Shown here piece after piece: positions 57,301 to 64,000 of a stretch of DNA of 64,000 nucleotides (position 1 is its first letter; every line of letters starts with the position of its first letter). The DNA is from Eledone cirrhosa (taxonomy: Eukaryota). The notes beneath the pieces were generated by a model that saw nothing but the letters and a program-made list of their open reading frames with translations, was not told where the DNA came from and ran no database searches. The DNA lies in NCBI GenBank assembly GCA_964016885.1, contig OZ024742.1, positions 17,050,001-17,114,000 of the forward strand. Reading direction: 5' to 3'. The position numbers were made by a program, and so were the translations under genes.

Positions 57301-59276
57301 CATGGTGTCAGACCCTCTACCTATACTGCCAATCTACCACCCTAACATGGTGTCAGACCCTCTACCTATACTGCCAATCTACCACCCTAGCATGGTGTCA
57401 GACCCTCTACCTATACTGCCAATCTACCACCCTAGCATGGTGTCAGACCCTCTACCTATACTGCCAATCCACCACCCTTACATGGTGTCAGACCCTCTAC
57501 CTATACTGCCAATCCACCACCCTAGCATGGTGTCAGACCCTCTACCTATACTGCCAATCTACATCCCTAGCATGGTGTCAGACCCTCTACCTATACTGCC
57601 AATCCACCACCCTAACATGGTGTCAGACCCTCTACCTATACTGCCAATCTACCACCCTAGCATGGTGTCAGACCCTCTACCTATACTGCCAATCCACCAC
57701 CCTAGCATGGCGTCAGACCCTCTACCTATACTGCCAATCTACCACCCTTACATGGTGTCAGACCCTCCACTGATACTGCCAATCTACCACCCTTACATGG
57801 TGTCAGACCCTCTACCTATACTGCCAATCCACCACCCTTACATGGTGTCAGACCCTCTACCTATACTGCCAATCTACCACCCTAACATGGTGTCAGACCC
57901 TCTACCTATACTGCCAATCTACCACCCTAACATGGTGTCAGACCCTCTACCTATACTGCCAATCCACCACCCTAGCATGGTGTCAGACCCTCTACCTATA
58001 CTGCCAATCCACCAACCTTACATGGTGTCAGACCCTCTACCTATACTGCCAATCCACCACCCTAGCATGGTGTCAGACCCTCTACCTATACTGCCAATCC
58101 ACCACCCTAGCATGGTGTCAGACCCTCTACCTATACTACCAATCTACCACCCTAGCATGGTGTCAGACCCTCTACCTATACTGCCAATCCACCACCCTAA
58201 CATGGTTTCAGACCCTCTACCTATACTGCCAATCCACCACCCTAACATGGTGTCAGACCCTCTACCTATACTGCCAATCCACCACCCTTACATGGTGTCA
58301 GACCCTCTACCTATACTGCCAATCTACCACCCTAGCATGGTGTCAGACCCTCTACCTATACTGCCAATCCACCAACCTAGCATGGTGTCAGACCCTCTAC
58401 CTATACTGCCAATCTACCACCCTAGCATGGTGTCAGAACCTCTACCTATACTGCCAATCCACCAACCTAGCATGGTGTCAGACCCTCTACCTATACTACC
58501 AATCCACCAACCTAGCATGGTGTCAGACCCTCTACCTATACTGCCAATCCACCAACCTAGCATGGTGTCAGACCCTCTTCCTATACTGCCAATCTACCAC
58601 CCTAGCATGGTGTCAGACCCTCTACCTATACTGCCAATCCACCAACCTAGCATGGTGTCAGACCCTCTACCTATACTGCCAATCCACCAACCTAGCATGG
58701 TGTCAGACCCTCTACCTATACTGCCAATCCACCACCCTAGCATGGTGTCAGACCCTCTACCTATAGTGCCAATCCACCAACCTAGCATGGTGTCAGACCC
58801 TCTACCTATACTGCCAATCCACCAACCTAGCATGGTGTCAGACCCTCTACCTATACTGCCAATCCACCAACCTAGCATGGTGTCAGACCCTCTACCTATA
58901 CTGCCAATCCACCAACCTAGCATGGTGTCAGACCCTCTACCTATAGTGCCAATCCACCAACCTAGCATGGTGTCAGACCCTCTACCTATACTGCCAATCC
59001 ACCACCCTAGCATGGTGTCAGACCCTCTACCTATAGTGCCAATCCACCAACCTAGCATGGTGTCAGACCCTCTACCTATACTGCCAATCCACCAACCTAG
59101 CATGGTGTCAGACCCTCTACCTATACTGCCAATCCACCAACCTAGCATGGTGTCAGACCCTCTACCTATACTGCCAATCCACCAACCTAGCATGGTGTCA
59201 GACCCTCTACCTATACTGCCAATCCACCAACCTAGCATGGTGTCAGACCCTCTACCTATACTGCCAATCCACCACC
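42271..59276 (-). repeat. Giant 45-bp tandem array (~378 units, ~17 kb) of the SINE 5' head
   Basis: Plus-strand unit catggtgtcagaccctc(t/c)ac(c/t)(g/t)atactgccaatc(c/t)accacccta(a/g). The 45-bp phase holds throughout: ORF starts 42272, 45782 and 52127 differ by multiples of 45. Confidence 0.98.
45668..58357. repeat. 6345-bp (141-unit) higher-order tandem duplication within the array
   Basis: The same succession of rare variant units recurs at +6345 (e.g. TGA pairs at 45698/45743 and 52043/52088). Only a few differences were seen. Confidence 0.92.
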
Positions 59277-59370
59277 GAATAGAAAATAATGGTTGGTTTG
59301 TTACTAATACTCGTGTTGTTGGGGGAGGAGGGGGCTACAGGTAGTCATTAATCTTGGGTTTAACGAGGAA

Positions 59371-59504
59371 AATGATGATGTTGGACACGATAGTGATGGT
59401 GATGATGATGATGATGATGATGACGAAGGTGCTGATGCCGATGATGGTGATGATGATGATAGTGATGATGATGATGACGATGGTGGTGATGATGACGATG
59501 GTTG

Positions 59505-59535
<31 letters not shown>

Positions 59536-59641
59536 GATGACGAAGGTTGTGATGCCGATGATGGTGATGGTGATGATGGTGATGATGATGATGACGATGG
59601 TGGTGGTGATGATGATGATGGTGGTGATGACGATGGTGGTG

Positions 59642-59672
<31 letters not shown>
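59371..59672. repeat. (GAT/GGT)n trinucleotide repeat
   Basis: Seen directly. It yields the poly-M/H/S ORFs. Confidence 0.95.
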
Positions 59673-59673
<1 letters not shown>

Positions 59674-59778
59674 AAAGACGAATAATTAGTAACAATAGTG
59701 TAGGAAAGGAGCCAAGAGATCAATAAGGTTGACAATGATGATGAGGAAGCGTGGTGAAGGGGAAGCTAATGGTGACCT

Positions 59779-60205
59779 TTCTGTTGCTATAGGTATTTGT
59801 ATCACTGTTATCCTCTAGTACTATGTCTGCTTCTGTTGCTATAGGTATTTGTATCACTGTTATCCTCTAGTACTATGTCTGCTTCTGTTGCTATAGGTAT
59901 TTGTATCACTGTTATCCTCTAGTACTATGTCTGCTTCTGTTGCTATAGGTATTTGTATCACTGTTATCCTCTAGTACTATGTCTGCTTCTGTTGCTATAG
60001 GTATTTGTATCACTGTTATCCTCTAGTACTATGTCTGCTTCTGTTGCTATAGGTATTTGTATCACTGTTATCCTCTAGTACTATGTCTGCTTCTGTTGCT
60101 ATAGGTATTTGTATCACTGTTATCCTCTAGTACTATGTCTGCTTCTGTTGCTATAGGTATTTGTATCACTGTTATCCTATAGTACTATGTCTGCTTCTGT
60201 TGCTA
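59779..60205. repeat. 52-bp minisatellite, ~8.2 near-identical copies
   Basis: Unit ttctgttgctataggtatttgtatcactgttatcctctagtactatgtctgc. Confidence 0.95.
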
Positions 60206-60464
60206 TCTCAAATGACAGTTCTACAGCAAACACCCCACTGTTATAGTCAGAACAGCAGAAAGAAGTGTTAGAATCAATTCTCTAATATCTATATATAACG
60301 GATATGTTAACTTCGCGAACGTATAGGCTTTATATTTAATTTTTTATCATACATACATACATACATACATATATATATATATACATATATGTATATATAT
60401 GTATATATCATATATATATATACATATGTATACATATATATACATATATATACATATGTATATG

Positions 60465-61070
60465 GTGGCTGCCAACTCGTTTTCGATTACGGCCACTACT
60501 TTATATCCATGTAGGAGAACCCCTACCGATGCGCTGAACGAGTGTGACTTTTTAGTCCAGCCAGCAACTTGAAAACTCTGGTACAAACACTACACCTGTG
60601 ACAATTATTGACACATAGTGCTGGGCCCTTGGTACCATGTGACGACAAGTGCAGAGAGATCTCCAGATACAAAGCAATGCCTGTGCCGTGAAGCTTTTAT
60701 AGTGAGCAAAGGCACTGCACGAAGCCAGTCCCACTCTCTTAACCAAGATGATATTTACCAAAAAGAAGAACAAGTCAACATCATTGGATACCATCAGAGT
60801 TGCAAGTGTTATATCAGAGTTTTCCTTCTCATAGAATTCTGCCTTGACAAAGGCTAAGGGGTCATCTCTCCCGGTGATTTTGGATGGCCATTGACTCTTA
60901 AGAGCTCCTTTGCCCTTTGACAGGTTTTGTTTTTAGTCCTGCAGGATGTCCAATGTCACCCTCCTCACCAAGAAACCTTGGTGGGGTTGCCAGTTTAGTC
61001 GCCAACGACCCGACTATGAGACAGGTTGTACTGGGATACATGTTACAAGTAGCACCAACTGGTGACCTGA
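60465..61070 (-). mobile_element. Probable LINE (RTE-like) 5'-region fragment between microsatellites
   Basis: Higher-GC island. The minus strand gtcgttggcgactaaactggcaacccc...ggactaaaaacaaaacctgtcaaagggc resembles RTE 5' UTRs as I recall them. No clean ORF. Confidence 0.35.
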
Positions 61071-61342
61071 CATATATATATACACATATACATATATATA
61101 TACATACATATATATACACACATACATATATATACACACATACATATATATATACATACATATATATACACACATACATATATATATACACACATACACA
61201 TATATATACACACATACATATATATATACACACATACATTTATATACACATACATTTATATATACACATACATATATATATACACACATACACACATATA
61301 TATATATATATATACATATATATACACACATACATATATCAA

Positions 61343-61431
<89 letters not shown>

Positions 61432-61672
61432 ATACATATCTCTCTATATATAGATATATATAGATATATATACATACATATATATACACACATACATATA
61501 TCTATATCTATATATATATATATATTGTTATACTTTGGGAGGGTCATGTTGCCAATAAGAAACACACGCACCAGCTACTTCACTTCAATTTATTTCAATA
61601 AATTTATAAATTAGGAATTTATAAATTTCCGGTTGGTTGGTTGGTTCCACAACCAGATGATCGTTTATATAT

Positions 61673-61716
61673 TGTCACAGTTCTTTCGTCACACATTCCG
61701 TGACCTCCTCAGTGAC
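61673..61716 (-). ncRNA. Minimal hammerhead motif (left arm; G at the cleavage position)
   Basis: Minus strand: GTCA, CTGAGGA, G, GTCAC-ggaatgt-GTGAC, GAAA, GAACT, G, TGAC. Confidence 0.6.
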
Positions 61717-62042
61717 TGGGTATTCCCTTCCTTGCTCTTGCGCCTCTCCCTTGTTCTGTCCCACGCCATCCTGTTCGTGTGGGTGTTGCGTGCCCAGCTT
61801 GCGCATGTGTTACACCCGGGTGTCTCTGTGTGTTTATATTTGTTTATTTATTTGTTTATTTACATGTTACTGGTTGGTTGTTTGTTCTATGTGTGTGTGT
61901 TTCATTTTGTCCTTAATTGTAAGTTGTTATGTTTTAAGTTGGGATGTAACACATTCGCAAACTAAGCACACAACACACACAAACACAAGATGGCGCAGGA
62001 CAGAACAAAGGAGAGGCACAAAAACAAAGAAAAGAATCCCCA

Positions 62043-62085
62043 GTCACTGAAGAGGCCACAGAATGTGTGACGAAAGAACTTTGAC
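62043..62085 (+). ncRNA. Minimal hammerhead motif (right arm)
   Basis: GTCA, CTGAAGA, G, GcCAC-agaatgt-GTGaC, GAAA, GAACT, T, TGAC. Stem I is GTCA/TGAC. Confidence 0.65.
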
Positions 62086-62289
62086 AATATATAAACAATC
62101 ATCCGGTTGTGGAACCAACCAACCGGAAATTTATAAATTCCCAAATTTATAAATTCATTATAACAAATTGAAGTGAAAGCAACTGGTGCGTGTGCTTCTC
62201 ATTGGCAACATGACCCTCCCAAAGTATAACAATATCGGTTTCAACACACGTTTTCAGATAAAGAATCTTGCTAAACAAATTCGGAAACG

Positions 62290-62349
<60 letters not shown>

Positions 62350-62358
<9 letters not shown>

Positions 62359-62626
62359 TAGACATACATAGATACCTAGTGGTAGTGTCGTATGTTCATA
62401 CATACATACATACATATAGACATACATATATAGACATACATACATACCCAGGATAGTTACGTGTATATATATATATATATACCTAGGATAGTTACGTGTG
62501 TACATATATATATATACATACATAGACATACATATATACCTAGGGGTAGTGACATATGTACATACATACATACATACATACATACATACATACATACATA
62601 CATACATACATACATACATACATACA

Positions 62627-62658
<32 letters not shown>

Positions 62659-62686
62659 GACATACATATATACCCAGGATAGTTAC

Positions 62687-62752
<66 letters not shown>

Positions 62753-63085
62753 AGGATAGTTACGTGTGTACATAGATATATATACATACATACACATACA
62801 TATATACCTAGGGGTAGTGCCGTATGTACATACATACACACACATAGACATACATATATAGACATACACATAAACACAGGATAGTGACGCGTGTACATAT
62901 ATATATATATACACACCGAGGGATAGTGACGTGTGTACATACATACATACATACATACATACATACATACATACATGCATACATACATACATTCATACAT
63001 ACACACATGCATACATAGAGATACATATATATATATATATAGTATATATATGATGTATATACATACATAGACATACATACATACA
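62350..63085. repeat. Composite minisatellite (ggatagttacgtgt / acctaggggtagtg motifs interleaved with TA and TACA runs)
   Basis: The motifs recur at 62450, 62485, 62676, 62754, 62879 and 62921. Confidence 0.8.
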
Positions 63086-63200
63086 TGATGATGGCTGCCC
63101 CCTCGTTATCGATCGAGTATGGCCATTGCACGAGGAGAAAGAAAAAAAAAAAGAAAGAATAATAATAATAATAAATAAATAAAAATAAAAAAATAAAAAA

Positions 63201-63259
<59 letters not shown>

Positions 63260-63303
63260 TACACACTCACACACACATATACACACACACATACATTAAT
63301 AAC

Positions 63304-63335
<32 letters not shown>

Positions 63336-63412
63336 CAATAATAATAACGACAACAGCAATAATAATATACATATACATATATATATATACACACACACGC
63401 ACACACATAAGC

Positions 63413-63444
<32 letters not shown>

Positions 63445-63481
63445 GATAGCAACTAACAGTGCTGCGATCGAATGTGGCTTT

Positions 63482-64000
63482 TTAGCCCAGCCAATGATCT
63501 AAAATGTCTTGCACAGATCGGCAACCAAAACATTTACTGGGAATAGTTGGCTGTGGTGGGAGTTCGTGTACTTTTGCATGTCGCTTGAGCCCTCCTGCTG
63601 ATTTACATTCTCTACCACATGTTTGGCAAGCATGATGAGTAGCATCTCCAACAGCAGCCTGGTAGTCAACCACTGGTCTTACTTTATGACTGCGAAGATG
63701 ACTTTCGAGTACAGCTTTGCTTAGGTAGAGTCTCGCACAGACGCTGCATGTCAGCACCATAGGAGGACCCTCGCCGTCTGGAAGTGCAACAGCAATGCCC
63801 TTCCTCACATCCCGCTTTACTTTCTCGTATGCGATTCGAGATGCCTCAAAGGCAACTTTTCCCTCATATACAGTCTTTCTCCATTTATTACGATCAGCAG
63901 CAATATTCTCCCATGTATCAGCAGAGATGTTAGCGTCTTTCAGAGAGGCTTTCAAGGAATCCTTATACCTCTTTTTTGGTCTATGTGGCGGTCGTTTTCC
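63482..64000 (-). mobile_element. RTE-clade LINE ORF2 C-terminus with two C2H2 zinc fingers (continues beyond the window)
   Basis: GKRPPHRPKKRYKDSLKASLK..WENIAADRNKWR..CSVCARLYLSKAVLESHLRSH..CQTCGRECKSAGGLKRHAKVH. Confidence 0.8.

Larger units (their letters stand above)
61522..62235. mobile_element. Fold-back Penelope-like element with ~270-bp inverted arms, each carrying a hammerhead motif
   Basis: 61522-61795 is the diverged reverse complement of 61963-62235. Terminus tattgttatactttgggagggtcat, as at 13462. Confidence 0.8.

Noticed and set aside
42271-59276. CRISPR-like array
   Set aside because: Units are contiguous with no unique spacers, there are no cas genes, and the context is eukaryotic.
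42115-59281. gaata as a TSD around the giant array plus SINE
   Set aside because: It is only 5 bp in AT-rich sequence and could be chance.
42272-59344. 1142-, 2087- and 2405-aa Pro/His-rich ORFs (and 21352-22521) as real repetitive proteins
   Set aside because: They are antisense translations of a SINE-derived 45-bp unit that happens to lack stops. There is no signal peptide or unique domain, and variation is mostly non-synonymous.
59304-59735. Poly-His, poly-Ser and poly-Met ORFs
   Set aside because: They are reading frames of a (GAT/GGT)n microsatellite with no exon context.
63482-63955. Host C2H2 zinc-finger gene
   Set aside because: The fingers follow the RTE ORF2 C-terminal motifs in frame, so they belong to the LINE.

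Overview
This is AT-rich, microsatellite-saturated eukaryotic non-coding DNA, probably intergenic or intronic. The repeat content (a Nin-domain tRNA-derived SINE, very dense (TA)n/(CA)n, RTE, CRE and Penelope relics) resembles octopus/cephalopod DNA, but the taxon is an inference. I found no convincing host gene, and nearly all listed ORFs are translations of simple repeats. Main contents: (1) about 15 copies of one tRNA-derived SINE. Two copies carry a head-to-tail tandem amplification of their own 5' 45 nt (the Pol III A-box segment): about 23 units at 21.4-22.4 kb and about 378 units (17 kb) at 42.3-59.3 kb, the latter with a 6345-bp (141-unit) internal duplication. (2) A decayed Naiad-type Penelope-like retroelement (RT, CxCx5Cx5C, GIY-YIG) ending in a hammerhead ribozyme motif. 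(3) Several short (TA)n-embedded fold-back or partial-tandem elements carrying about 9 further type-I hammerhead-like motifs, some with non-canonical cores. (4) A composite Helitron/Helentron-like non-autonomous region carrying a compact intronless Ulp1/C48 protease fragment. (5) RTE and CRE LINE fragments. All coordinates and folds were read by eye and are approximate.
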